NCBI RefSeq assembly: GCF_963921235.1
Contig: NC_086108.1
Coordinates: forward strand, 91,886,001-91,950,000
Reading direction: 5' to 3'
Length of the DNA: 64,000 bases
Source of the DNA: Mobula hypostoma
Taxonomy: Eukaryota
The translations under genes were made by a program, and so were the position numbers. The notes beneath the pieces were generated by a model. That model saw nothing but the letters and a program-made list of their open reading frames with translations. It did no database searches and had not been told where the DNA came from. Position 1 is the stretch's first letter, and every line of letters begins with the position of its first letter. Shown here in pieces: positions 38,006 to 51,253 of this stretch.

Positions 38006-40171
38006 TTTTTTTAAGTTCCTGGGTGTCAACATCTTAGAGACAATTAGACCATAAGACATAGGAGCAGAATTAGGCTATTTGGCCCATCATGTCTTCTCCT
38101 CCATTCTATCATGGCAGATTTACTATCCCTCTGAATGTGAAAAGAAGCTGTCCCAACAGTGACCCCTGCGGTGCACCACTAGTCACTGGCAGACAGCCAG
38201 AAAAGTTTCTCTTTATTCTCACTCTTTGCCCCTGCCAGTCAGCCAATCTTTTATCCATGCTAGCACCTTTCCTGTATACCATGAGCTCTTACGTTTTTAG
38301 TAGCCTAGTGTGTGGTACTTCTGAAAATCCAACCTCAACATCCCTTGTCTATCCTGCTTGTTATTTCCTCAAAGAATTTCAACAGATTTGTCAGGCAAGG
38401 TCTCACCTTTATTAAACCACACTAACTTTGGCTTAATTTATCATGTGCCTCCAAGTACTCCCAAGTGTCATCCCTAATAATACACTCCAACACCTTTCGA
38501 ACCACTGAAGTTAGGCTAACCGGCCTATAATTTCTTTTCTTCTGCCTCTCTCCCTTAAAGAGTGGAGCGACATTTGCAATTTTCCTGTCATTCGGAACTA
38601 TTCCAGAATCTAAAGATCATTACTAATACCACAATAATCTCTTCAGCTACCTCTTTCAGAATCCTGCGGTATACTCCATCTGGACCAGGTGATTTATCTA
38701 CCTTCAAACCTTTCAGCTTCCTAAGCACCTTCTCCCTAGTAAGAGCAATGGTGCTGACTTCTGCCTGCTGACACTCTTGGCATTCTGCTAGTGTCTTCCA
38801 CAGTGAAGACTGATGCAAAATACATATTAACTTTGTATACCATTTCTTTTTTCCCACTACTACCTTTCCAGCATCACTTTCCAGCAGTCCAGTATCCACT
38901 CTCATCTCTCTTTTCCTCTTTACGTATCTGAAAAAAACTTCCCTTTCTGTATCCACTTTTACACTATTAGCTATCTTACCTTGATCTTTCATTTTTTTCT
39001 CTCCTTATGGCTTTTTTAGTTGCCTTTTGATGGTTTTCAAAAGCTTCCCAGTCCTCTACTAATTTTTGCTGAATTATATGTCCTCTCTTTTGCTTTTATG
39101 GTGTCTTTGACTTCTCTAGTCAGCCACAAGTTATGACATCCTCCCTTTAGAATACACCTTCAGCATTTGGATATATCTTTCCTGCACCTTTCAAACTTTG
39201 CCCAGAACCACATGCCGTTGTAGTTCTGCCATCATCCCTGCTAGTGTCCCCTTCCAATCAACTTTGCCTAGCTCCTCTCTCATGCCCCTGTAGTTCCCTT
39301 TACTCCACTGTAATATTAAAACATCTGATTTCAGCTTCTCGCTCTCAAATTGTAGGATGAATTCTATAATATTATGATCACAGACTTCTAAGAATTCTGT
39401 TACCTGAAGCTCCCGAATCAAATCTGCGTCATTACATAACATTCCATCCAGAATTGCCATTCCTCCAGTGGGTTCAACAACAATCTGCTCTAAAATTTCT
39501 ACAGATTCCCTGATTTTCCCAATCTACTTGTATATTGAAATCCCCCCATGATTATAACAACATTGCCCTTTTCACATGCCTCTTCTATCTCCTGTTGTAA
39601 TTTGTAGCCCACATCCTAGCTGCTATTCAGAGGCCTGTATCAAACTCTGATCAAGGTCTTTTTACCCTTGCAATTTCTTAACTCTACCAACAAGGATCCT
39701 ACAAGTTCCAATCCTATGTCACCTTTTTTTAAGGATTTGTTGTAATCTTTTACCAACAGAGGCACCCACCCTCTCTACCTACCTGCCTGTTTTTTTGATA
39801 CAAGCAGTACCTTTGGATGTTAAGCACCCAAATGTGATCCTCTCTCAGTGATGCCCACGACATCATACCTGCCAATTTCTTAACACACTGCTGTGCATAT
39901 ACTGTGTGCATTCAAATAACACTTTCAGTCCTACATTCATCGCCCTTTTTTGATTTTGACCCCCTCCCCACATTACACTTTGACTCATCCGTCTGACGGC
40001 AATTCTGCCCTATCATCTGCCTGTACTTCCTTATAGCCCCTCTACACTTTGCATCTAGTTGTATACCAATTGCACAATACTCAGCCCTGTCACTCTGATT
40101 CCCATTTCCCTGACAACTTAAATGCCCCCCTACAGCTCCAGCAAACCTGCCCACAAGGATATTGGTCCCCA

Positions 40172-42035
40172 TCAGAAACAAGAGAAGATCTGCAGGGGCT
40201 GAAAATCCAAGCAACACACACAAAATGCTGAAGGAACTCAGCAGGCCAGGCAACATCTGGGAAAAGAGTACATTTGGCGTCTTAAGCTGAAACCCTTCAG
40301 CAGGACTGGAGAAAAAAGCTGAGGAGACTAAAAAGCTGGGTGGAAGGGAGAGAGAAACACAAGATGGTAGGAGAAACCTTGAGGGGGAGGGATGAAATAA
40401 AGAGCTGGGAAGTTGATTGGTGAAAGAGATAGAAGGCCATGGAAGAAAGAAAGGGGAGCACCAGAAGGAGGCAATGGGTGGGCAAGGAGATAAGGTAAGA
40501 GAAGGAAAAGGGGATGGGAAATAATGGAGGGGTGGGAAGCGTCGCCGGTAGTTTGAGAAATCGACGTTCTTGCCATCAGGTTGGAGGCTACCCGAATGGA
40601 ATACAAGGTGTTGTTCCTCCAACCTAAATGTGGCCTGATCATGACAGTGGAGGATGCCATGGATGGACTTAGCGGAATGGGAACAGGAAGTGGAATTAAA
40701 ATGGGTGACCACTGGGAGATCCTGCTCGTTCTGCGGACAGAGCGAAGGTGCTTAGCGAAGCGGTCTACCAATCTACATCGGGTCTCATTGATATACAGGA
40801 GCACCAAACCGAGTACATGACCTCAACAGACTCACAGGTCAAGTGTCGCCTCACCTGGAAGGAATGTTTAGGGCCCTGAATGGTAGTGAAGGGGGAGATG
40901 TAGGGGTAGGTGTAGCACTTGTTCTGCTTGCAAGGATAAGTGCCAGGAAGGAGATCACTGGGGAGGGATAAGTAGACAACAGTGAGCAGAAAGTGTGGGG
41001 TGGGGAGGGGGGTAGGCAAAGATGTGCTTGGTGGTGGGATTCCATTGGAGATGGCAGAAGTTTCAGAGAATTATGTGCTGTTCGTGCAAGATGGTGGAGT
41101 GGTAGGTGAGGACACAAGAAACTCTAACCCTGGTAGGGCGGCAGGATGATGGGGTAGGAGCAGATGTGCATGAAATGGAAGAGATGCGATTGAGGGCAGG
41201 GTTGATGGTGGAAGAGACAGGAGGCGGCGCGACGCAGCTCGCAGCGGCCACTCCGGTGGTGATGTCTGTTATTTGTCAAGTAGGGTGCCATGCACAATAC
41301 TGATTTGATGGAGACAGATGTGAGAGCATGGAGGAACATCTGGTGAAACTTCTGAAATGCCTGCTTTGCTGCTGCTGCTACTGTGTGGTCCAGAATCTCC
41401 GGAGGGGAAGACCCCGAGTCCTTGGCTTTGCTTGTTGCTTGGCGGCCGGGGCGGGGTCAAAGTGCTCGGCAGAGGATGGTGCTCGGAGAGGCTGTGTCGG
41501 AGGCTCGAAGTTTTAAGACGGACTCAGAGGCCGCTGCAGTCGGGTGCTTCCAATGGTGCTGCATTGGCAAGTTGGCGGCACTTGGAGGTTCATGGCAGGG
41601 AGAGCTTCTCCCTTCTGCCGTCTGCGTGAGATGATGAGTCTGTCGGGACTTTGAGACTTATTTTACCGTGCCCATGGTCTACACTTTACCAAATTATGGT
41701 ATTGCTTTGCACTGTTGTAACTATATGTTATAATTATGTGGTTTTGTCAGTTTTAGTCTTGGTTTGTCCTGTGTTTTCTTGTGATATCATTCTGGAGGAA
41801 TGTTGTATCATTTTTTAATGCATGCATTTCTAAATGACAATAAATGAGGACTGAGTGTCCTCATAATCTAAAACAAAAGAAGGAAAACCTTCTTTGAAAA
41901 AGGAGGACATCTCCTTGATTCTGGAATGAAAAGCTTCATCCTGAGAGCAGATGTGGTGGGGATGGAGGAACTGAGAGAAGGGGGATGGCATTCTTACAAG
42001 TAACAGAGTGGGACAAGGTATAGTCCAGGTAGGTC
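40172..42035 (-). mobile_element. Longest PLE copy (RT C-terminal region, GIY-YIG endonuclease, pLTR), decayed
   Basis: PGTYPCKQNKCYTYPYI...FQVRRHLTCES..VMYSVWC (40765-41019), LLYINETRCRLVDRFAKH (GIY-YIG) and VTHFNSTSCSHS..RLEEQHLVFH.GSLQPDG. Confidence 0.85.
41218..41872 (+). mobile_element. Non-autonomous GC-rich retroposon, copy 2 (nested in the PLE)
   Basis: Homologous to 34931-35513 and ends GTCCTCATAATCTAA. Confidence 0.75.
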
Positions 42036-42734
42036 ATTCCCCCCAACAGTTTCCAAAATGGTATATTTATTATTGAGGGAAATGGCCTGCAGGGGTAGTT
42101 TGCACTGACTGCCTATTCACTTTCCCTCTTCTGACAGTTACTTAGTGTAGCTGCACCCCCCCCCCACGTAACTCCTATCTATCACCTCCTCTTTATCCCA
42201 TAGGAGCCAAAGGTCATGCAGCTGTAGCTCCAGTTCCTCAATATAGTCTCTCAGGAGTTACAGCTCAGTGCACTTCATGCAGATGTAGTTATCAGTGAGA
42301 CTGGAGGTCTCCCAGAGTTCCCACATCTCACGCAAAGAACATGCTACTACATCCAGATTCATTCTCAGCCCACTGACTATGTATTACTATGGTTTATTAC
42401 TGGAAACCTTATTATTTATTACCTAGAACCTCTGCCAGTGTCTGCCCAAGCCAGTTCTTGCCTAAGCCTATTGAGCCAAAGCCTGATCATTCGAACACTG
42501 GCCGTTCCACTTACACCTCCCTTCTTTTATTGGCTCCATGCTGTTTTCAGCCCACTGAAAGGAGTCAAAAGCATGGAGCTCTTTTCAAATCTCGCGCTGC
42601 GTCACATAGGGACAACCTCTTGTTCTGATTTCAGCCCACCCAAATGAGCTGAAGTCACCGGAGTTCTTTATAAACCTCGCGCTGCATAACCAAAAATGAC
42701 CTCTCGTACTAATTTCAGCCTGCCAGGATTCTAA

Positions 42735-43190
42735 CATGGGTCCAACATATTGATGCAATATCAAACAAAGCTTGCTAGTGGCTATACTTCACTAGGAGAT
42801 TGAGGAGATTTGGTCTGTCACTAAAGATTCTAAAAAGTGATCCATGGAGAACATTCCGACTGGTTGCATCATTTCCAGGTATGGAGGCTCCAACGCACAA
42901 GACTGGAAAAATCTGCAGAGGGTTGTAAACCCTGCCAGCTCCATGATGGGGACTAGCCTTCCCACCATCGAGCTCTTCTGCAAATGGTGGTGCCTCAAGG
43001 AAGCAGTATCCATCATTAAGGGTGCTGATCATCCAGGGCATGCCCATTTCTCTTTACTACCACCAGGGAGAAGGCACAGAAGGCTGAAGATGCACACTCA
43101 GTGATTTTGGAACAGCTTTTTCTCCTCCATCATCAGATATCTGAATGGTTACATGAAACCATGAACTATTTTACTCTCTTTTACCTCACT
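42735..43190 (+). mobile_element. Rex1/Babar 3' fragment
   Basis: ORF 42844-43104 ENIPTGCII..YGGSNAQDWKNLQRVV...SIIKGADHPGHAHFSLLPPGRR. Confidence 0.8.
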
Positions 43191-43195
43191 ATTTT

Positions 43196-43838
43196 TTAGA
43201 TTAGATTATGAGGACACGCAGTCCTCTTTTATTGTCATTTAGTAATGCATGCATTAAGAAATGATACAATGTTCCTCCAGAATGATATCACAGAAACACA
43301 AGACAAACCAAGACTAAAAAAACTGACAAAAACCGCATAATTATAACATATAGTTACAACAGTACAAAGCAATACCGTAATTTGATAAAGAGCAGACCAT
43401 GGGCACAGTAAAAAAAAGTCTCAAAGTCTCTCGAAAGTCCCATCATCTCACGCAGACAGTAGAAGGAAGAGAAACTCTCTTCCTGCCATGAAACTCCAGC
43501 GCCGCAAACTTGCTGATGCAGCACCCTGGAAGCAACCAACCACAGCCGACTCTTGAGTCCGTCTGAAAACTTCGAGCCTCCGACACAGAGCACCGAGCAC
43601 TGAGAACCATCTCTGCCAAGCGCTTTGACCCCAGCCCCGGCAACAAGCAATAGGCAAAGCTGAGGATTTGAGGCCTTCCCCTCCGGAGATTCTCGATCGC
43701 ACAGTAGCAACGGCAGCGAAACAGGCATTTCAGAGGTTTCTCCAGGTGTTCCTCCGTGCTTCTCACGTTTGTCTCCATCAAATCAGGATTGTGCATGGTA
43801 CCTACTTAACAGACACGATATAATTTCAGAGCGGCAAC
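43196..43838 (-). mobile_element. Non-autonomous GC-rich retroposon, copy 3
   Basis: Reverse complement of copies 1 and 2, with a (TAATC)n tail at 43196-43210. Confidence 0.75.
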
Positions 43839-44657
43839 AGTATTTACCTCTCTTTTTAGTAACTGTTCTTTCTTACCTTTCGTAAGTGGATTTGAAACCA
43901 TGTGTTACAATACTGTTGAGCTACAGTTGCCCAGTGGTGTCATTTTCATGTACTCTCTGACATAAGGACAAAATTAACTCATGGACATATGATAAAAAAC
44001 AGAGGGGGATGAACTGCTTCACCCTCAGCTTACACAGCAACTCACTGGTCAAACCTTGGGCTGTTTTTACCTCGGCTGCTTCCACTTAGACCGGATTCTG
44101 ATTTTAAAACTATGTTTAACAAACTCAGCAGCTGGAGCTTAATTTAGATTCAGCTAATCAAATGTAAGTAAATTTTGCAAATGTTGATATATTCCTCTTG
44201 CATAACTTTCTTGCTATTATATTAAAATAAAATCATAAAGCATACAATATGAAGGTATATACCCAAAAGTTTAACTCTGTCCACTATTTTAATACCTTTG
44301 TAATAAACATTAATTATTAAAATATAAATTAATGACTCTAATTCTTAAATACTTGAAATACATAAGATGGAATAGCACATAACCTTAAGTAATATTTTTT
44401 TAAGACTCATCATGAATTCAGTTTTCTGCTCACTTTGCTGCTGCTTCAGAGGATCTACTTAATGAGGACATTCATTGGATTCTCAATTGTTACAATTGCT
44501 TTATGTATGTGAAGCTTCCGCTAATACAGCAATATGTTTTATAATTTACCCTCTGCTTAAGCTGCTAACATCCTGTAGGAAAGCACTTAAAAGGAACTTC
44601 TATTTTATAGCACTGGATTGAAAATCAGTTCTTGCTCTAACCTCTGATTATCTTTTC

Positions 44658-44695
44658 CAGTCCTGATGAAGGGTCTCGGCCCGAAACATCAACTG
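44658..44695 (+). ncRNA. Hammerhead ribozyme motif in a short PLE insert (~44631-44760)
   Basis: CAGTC CTGATGA AGGGTCTCGGCCC GAAAC ATC AACTG. Confidence 0.6.
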
Positions 44696-44769
44696 TTTAC
44701 TCTTTTCCATAGATGCTATCTGGCCTGTTGAGTTCCTCCTGCATTTTGTGTGTGTTGTCTGAAAACAGT

Positions 44770-45305
44770 TAGTCATAGTCATACTTTATTGATCCCAGGG
44801 GAAATTGGTTTTCGTTACAGTTGCACCATAAATAATAAATAGTAATAAAACCATAAATAGTTCAATAGTAATATGTAAATTATGCCAGGAAATAAGTCCA
44901 GGACCAGTCTATTGGCTCAGGGTGTCTGACCCTCCAAGGGAGGAGTTGTAAATTTTGATGGCCACAGGCAGGAATGACTTCCTATGACGCTCTGTGTTGC
45001 ATCTCGGTGGAATGAGTCTCTGGCTGAATGTACTCCTGTGCCCACCCAGTACGTTATGTAGTGGATGGGAGACATTGTTCAAGACGGCATGCAAGCTGGA
45101 CAGCATCCTCTTTTCAGACACCACCGTCAGAGAGTCCAGTTCCATCCCCACAACATCACCGACCAGCTCCTTAGTGTTTTTCACATTAAGCTGCAGATAA
45201 TTCTGCTCACACCATGTGACAAAGTTTCCTACCGTAGCCCTGTACTCAGCCTCATCTCCCTTGCTGATGCATCCAACTATGGCAGAGTCATCAGAAAACT
45301 CCTGA
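44770..45305 (-). mobile_element. Rex1-type LINE 3' end with an internal deletion
   Basis: ORF 44909-45184 VLNNVSHPLH...STFSQRLIPPRCNTERHRKSFLPVAIKIYNS, with a (TATGAC)n tail at 44770-44784. Confidence 0.8.
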
Positions 45306-45699
45306 TTTGAAAGCTATGTATGATTTGAGAAGAAATGTCCACATCTGGTAGGCTGGTACTCTATGAACAGCAATGCACAGCCTCTGGATTTTCACTGTGA
45401 ACGCAATTATATTTGTTTAATTCTAATTTACCCATATGTCTGATGCGAAAGATCCAGAGCAACACAGAAAGTTGTTGTGCACGCTCCTTGAGGTAATACA
45501 ACAGGGTTTTACAATAATAGGCTGGGTTTTACAACTTGACCTTGAACAGATGTGGATCCACCTATTTCACAGTTTAATTATTTTGCCCATTAGTTTAGAT
45601 GTATGCTGAAGTACAATACCTGGAAAATTGCTCACAGCAGATATTACATTGATTAAAACAACAAAGTAGATTTCATTGTACTTTCCCTAGTATGACAAA

Positions 45700-46998
45700 T
45701 ACACTCAGTGTATTTAGATACCTCCTGTACCTAATAAAGAGGCCACTGAGTGCACGTTTCTGGTTTTCTGCTACAGTAGCCCATCCATTTCAAGGTTCGA
45801 CATGTTGTGCATTCAGAGATGCTCTTCTGCACACCATATAACCATATAACCATATAACAATTACAGCACGGAAACAGGCCATCTCGGCCCTTCTAGTCCA
45901 TGCCGAACTCTTACTCTCACTTAGTCCCACCGACCTGCACTCAGCCCATAACCCTCCATTCCTTTCCTGTCAATATATCTATCCAATTTAACTTTAAATG
46001 ACAACATTGAACCTGCCTCAACCACTTCTGCTGGAAGCTCCTTCCACACAGCTACCACTCTCTGAGTAAAGAAGTTCCCCCTCATGTTACCCCTAAACCT
46101 TTGCCCTTTAACTCTTAGCTCATGTCCTCTTGTTTGAATCTCCTCCATTCTCAATGGAAAAAGCCTATTCATGTCAACTCTATCAATCCCCCTCATAATT
46201 TTAAACACCTCTATCAAGTCCCCCTTCAATCTTCTACGTTCCAAAGAATAAAGACCTAACTTGTTCAACCTTTCTCTGTAACTTAGGAGATGAAACCCAG
46301 GCAACATTTTAGTAAATCTCCTCTGTAATCTTTCAATTTTATTGACATCTTTCCTATAATATGGTGACCAGAACTGTACACAATACTCCAAATTTGGCCT
46401 TACCAATGCCTTATACAATTTCAACATTACATCCCAACTCCCATACTCAATGCTCTGATTTATAAAGGCCAGCATACCAAAAGCTTTCTTCACCACCCTA
46501 TCCACATGAGATTCCACCTTCAGGGAACTATGCACCATTATTCCTAGATCCCTCTGTTCTACTGCATTCTACTGTAACACATGGTTAATTGAGTTACTGT
46601 CATCTTCCTGTCAGCTTGAACCAGTCTGGTCATTCTCCTCTGACCTCTCTCATTAAAAAAGATGTTTTCAGCCGCAGAACAGCCACTCACTGGATTTTTT
46701 TCTGGGTTTTTTTTTTGCACCATTCTCTGTAAACTCTAGAGACCGGTATGTGTGAAAACCCTAGGAGATTAGCAGTTTCTGAGATACACAAACCACCCTG
46801 TCTGGCACCAGCCATCATTCTATAGTCAAAGTCACTTCGATCAGATTTCTTGCCCTTTCTGATGTTTGGTCTGAACAACAACTGAATCTCTTGACCATGT
46901 CTGCATGCTTTTATACATTGAGTTGCTGACAAATGATTGGCTGATTAGATACTTACATTATTGAACAGGTGTACCTAATAAAGTGGCCGCCAAGTGTA
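45700..46998 (-). mobile_element. Internally deleted Tc1-like element interrupted by a CR1
   Basis: TIR GTGTACCTAATAAAGTGGCC..AGTGTA at 46969-46998. Transposase N-terminal HTH remnant KKSDRSDFDYRMMAGARQGGLCISETANLLGFSHIPVSRVYREW (46687-46932). Confidence 0.8.
45836..46570 (-). mobile_element. Young 5'-truncated CR1 with an uninterrupted ORF2 C-terminus
   Basis: ORF 45921-46538 (205 aa) LYKALVRPNLEYCVQFWSP...RRRLKGDLIEVFKIM...NFFTQRVVAVW, with an (ATATGGTT)n tail. Confidence 0.9.
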
Positions 46999-49900
46999 CA
47001 TGGTGTTCACCTTGTGCAGTTCTTTGCAAAAATTACATTTGTTCTGTCATTAAAATAAATTTCTCAAAGAGCTGATTGTCACCTCCCAGTGCATTGTAGT
47101 TGTCTTAAGACATTAAACTTGCAAGCTGCTTAAGCAATACCTTTTTTACAATATTCATTGTCATGCAACATATTGTTAGGCATCCCGCCTCCTTTTTCAC
47201 AATGCTACATGTTAATATTGCTGGCATGATATTAAAAATATGTCCTTGGGAGTTCTTTGTGATTTGCAGTTTGTTTTGGCAGTTCTGAGGGGACAATATT
47301 GAATCCTTTGCAATCTCAGGATTGTTTACCAGTTCTGATGAGACAACAGTGGATGCTGTTGATTAGGACCAGCATGGCTATGTCGCATTATTCCTTGTAA
47401 ACTACTAATGGACGGCCTAGCAGTTAACAAGTTGAATCTTTTCTCAAACAAATGGCAGTGCCTGTGGAACCTCTGCGTAAATTAGTCTGCTTTGAATGTG
47501 TAGCCAAACTCATTAAACTGCTTGTGCCATTGAAACACTTCAGGCAGAATAACTGGATGGCACTAACAGCTTAGCATCAATTATTATGGAATGTCTGAGG
47601 TATAATTTCCCCTGTGGTTTTGTTAGCTGAATAAAATTCATAATACTGATGTGTGGCAGGTACTTATTACTCCACGCAGGTGGGGATATGCAAATATTAT
47701 TCTACCATCATCAAAGAAAACCAAGCTCTGTTTCATAATTCTGCTCCCAAACATAATCTTACAGCATGGGCTTCTCTGACAAGTACATTCACAGTGAGGG
47801 CACTATACCTAGAACATGTTCGAGGATGAAACAGTTCTTAATTAGAAAGATGAGCTATAAAGGGAAATATTCAAATCTTCAATTAACCCGTGTGCTAAGC
47901 ACAAGCATCGCTCCCTAATCTGAGGGCTGGATTTTGTCAGTTGAAAATATTTTCACACCTGCAGCCATGATTTTTCTGTGAACTCTGTGTAAAGCCTTGT
48001 CTCTACAATCAGCTCGACAAATAATTATTTCCTGAAGCCTCTCTGCTGTTCCCCCTGTTGGCCAGCTGTCACCTAAAGCCGCAGCTGTTACTGAACTATG
48101 TGGGCAACTAATGGACAGGTCTGCCACAGGCATTAAGCTTAACGGTCCTCAGGCACACAGCAGTTAGTGCACCGGGTGTCGGTGCAATTCGTGTACTACC
48201 TTTCCCGAGAATAGGGAAACTCCCCTATTCTTACCTGCACTCAGTTGTCACATGGGATCTCCTGACAGCAGTCTCCAGGTACAGATGTTGACAAATGCTG
48301 CTGGAAGTTTCACTTGGTGTGAAATTTCTTCTCAAATTACCTGGATTCAGGAAATTAGTGCACAGAGATGGAGATTCGTTAATGATACAATACTGTGTGG
48401 AGTGCCAAATCTGGGGAATCTATTTTAGAGTGTCCAGCACAAGGGAGGGACTCATGGAATTAGGAGTAACATACTGCAGAGGGCAGAGGGTTAGTTAAAA
48501 GATAGGGAGCAAAGGGTAGGGATAACTGGGATGCCTTGGAGAGTAGCACAGGGATCTCAGCTACAATATTAATGGTTGAGATGACCTTCCATAGCGAAGA
48601 GTGAAGGTCGTTTGGAAATCAGGAAATTGAGGTCCAATAGCCAGAGCCCTAAGTCTACTGTGAGTCATTGGGAAGTCAACACCCAATGCATGTAGGTCCC
48701 TGAGGCTAGAGGCTGGAGACACCTTGTCCTGGGCTTAGAGAACCGCCTGTCCTATGTATGTGTGTGGGTGGGAGGGAGGAACGGGGCTTGTTTTGCTGTT
48801 GTTATTTAGTAGCTTGCTGTATTTGGTCTTGTTTTGTTCTGTGTTGTTTTGCTGAGCACCTTGGGTATACCACGCTGGCCCCGGAACGTGTGGTGACACT
48901 TGGCACGCTGCTCCTCAGCACACCTTTAGGTTGTGTTGGTTGTTTACACGGACGAAGCATTTAACTGCATGTTTCATGTTTGATGTGGTAAATAGCTGAA
49001 TCTGAATCTGAATATGTACCTAATTCTGCAGTATCCAAGCCTGCTGGCAGGACAAAGATAATTGAGGAAGTATAAAGAGGACAGTATTCACAAAGAGATA
49101 AACACAGGTTAATCACGTGGTGGAGTATCATATGAGCTTATTGATTCTGGTCGCAAGGTTAGAGATTCAGAGGTGATTACATATTTGTGTTCAGGGTGAC
49201 CTCATACAGTACCAGAAAGGTGGAAAGTTAACATAGCTGGATGGCAATTAGTTAAGGAGCAAAGTTGGTCTTCACTGCAAGATCAGGAAATAGATGGTTG
49301 TTGGGAGCTCGCACAGGTAATGACTTATGGGAGGAGATCAGCCAGGATCATCTTGAATGGTGAAGCAGGTGTGAGGGACAGAGTGAACTCTTTTGGGTCC
49401 ATAAGACCATAGGAGCAGAATTAGGCCATTGAGTCCATCGAGTCTGTTCCACCATTCGATCGTGGGTGATCTTTTTTACCCTTCTCAGCCTAATTTTCCT
49501 GCCTTCTTCCATAACCTTTGATGCCCTTCCTTCTCCCGGAAATGTTTATGTTCTTGTGTAAGGGGTCTAGGGTAAAGAAATCTCACAGCAACTGTGCAGC
49601 ACCTCAGTCACAGTACACCTCTCTGCAAGGGCATTGTAGTAGATTGTTTCATGTGATGCATAATTGAACTAATCACTTATACTCTCGGATTTCAGAATAA
49701 GGAGAGATTATCGACTTGAGACATGTAAGATTCTGCGAGGGTTGATCAAAGTGGATGTTTTGTACCTGTGTGAAAATGGAACAAGGGGTTGCAGAATCAA
49801 TACTGAGGGTCACAATTCGAGACATCCACCACCTCTTTGCCTCAACAGATGTTGCTCAACCACTGAATTCTTCCTGTAATTGTTTTTTCCTTTGGACTCA

Positions 49901-51055
49901 AGGTTTCAGCATCTTCAGTCATAGTCACAGAGCACTACAGCTCAGAAACAGGCTTTTCAGCCCATCTAGTCTGTCCCAATGACCAGCATCTGGACCATAG
50001 CTGTCTATACTCCTTCCATCCACGTACTTAACCAAATTTGTCCTAAATGTTGAAATCCAATCTGCATTCACTATTCACTACTTCTGCTAGCAGCTGTTCC
50101 ACACTCTCACCACCCCCTGAGAGGAGCTGTTCCCCCTCATGTTCCCCTTAAACATTTCACTTTTCACCCGTAAACCATGACCTCCAGTTCTATCCTCAGC
50201 AAGCTTCTGGAAAAAGCAACCTTGCATTTACCCTACCTATAGCCCTTGCAGTCTCTCTTGTGTCAAACACATGAGATGAGGAGGAAGTTCTTCTCTCAGG
50301 AAGCTTGGAATCTTTGGGACTTTCTACCTCAGTGGGTGTTGAGTTATTAAGCATATCAAAGAATGAGATTGGTAGATATTTGGAGTACATGGGAATTAAG
50401 AGTTATTGACATCAACTGACAGAAGATTTCAAAGGTTCAAAGATTCATTAATTAACAAAGTATACAACTCTGAAATTCTTCTTCTCTGTGTAGCCATGAA
50501 ATCAAGAAGGAAAAAGAAAGGCAGCACAATCATCAATCCCCAAATCCACCCTCCCTGCACAAAAAATGAACAAAAACCGAACAGGCACATCAACCCCCAA
50601 ATCCCCCTTCCCACACAAAAAAAAACTAGAAAGATTGGGCAAAAAACACAGAATATAAAAAACTACAAGACTGAAAAAAAGACCAAAGATTGAGACCAAA
50701 GTACAGATCAACAGCTCAGGGAAGCGCATGTCCTATTTCTGTTCCTATTTATTATGTTCTTACAATGTCAGAAACAACATAAAATTGAAACTATAATGAT
50801 AAGGCAAGGAAAGACAGAAAATATTTGACAAGTAAAAAGTTAAAATAGGTAAGAATTAAGCAAGAAGAATCCTAAAAAAATTGGAGGACATGTTTAACAG
50901 ATACATTGTAGCCAGAAACGTGGAAAACAGACTGTTAAATCTGATAGCCCACTTCATAAAGTACCTGAACCCTACTGCAAAAATTAATTACAAAACTGTT
51001 CAAAGATTTTAAAAAGGCAGAAAAAAGTACTTGCTTCAGCTGGAAAGATTGTTTG

Positions 51056-51199
51056 AGTAACACAAACAAAATGCTGGAGGAACTCTGAAGATCAGCCAGC
51101 ATCTATTGAGAGCAATAAACAGTCGATGTTTCAAGTTGAGATTCTTCTTCAGGACTGGAAATGAAGGGGGTGACCCCAGCCATTACCAATAATCTTCAG
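51056..51199 (-). mobile_element. Short PLE-derived insert with hammerhead remnant
   Basis: The minus strand reads CAGTC CTGAAGA AGAATCTCAACTT GAAAC ATC GACTG (~51120-51157). Direct repeat AGATTGTTTG at 51046-51055 and 51200-51209. Confidence 0.7.
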
Positions 51200-51253
51200 A
51201 GATTGTTTGCCTGGAGTTATTGGTCACATAACCAGAACTTGTGATAATGCCAT

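Larger units (their letters stand above)
38045..42400 (-). mobile_element. Long decayed CR1 LINE (ORF1 remnant, endonuclease, partial RT, tail) with internal deletions and a nested PLE
   Basis: ORF1-like Cys motif and ELELQLHDL near 42200-42350. EN-end peptide AILDGMLCNDADLIRELQV..CDHNIIEF and KSPGPDGVYRRILKEVAEEI. Tail AGACCATAAGACATAGGAGCAGAATTAGGC at 38046. Confidence 0.8.
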
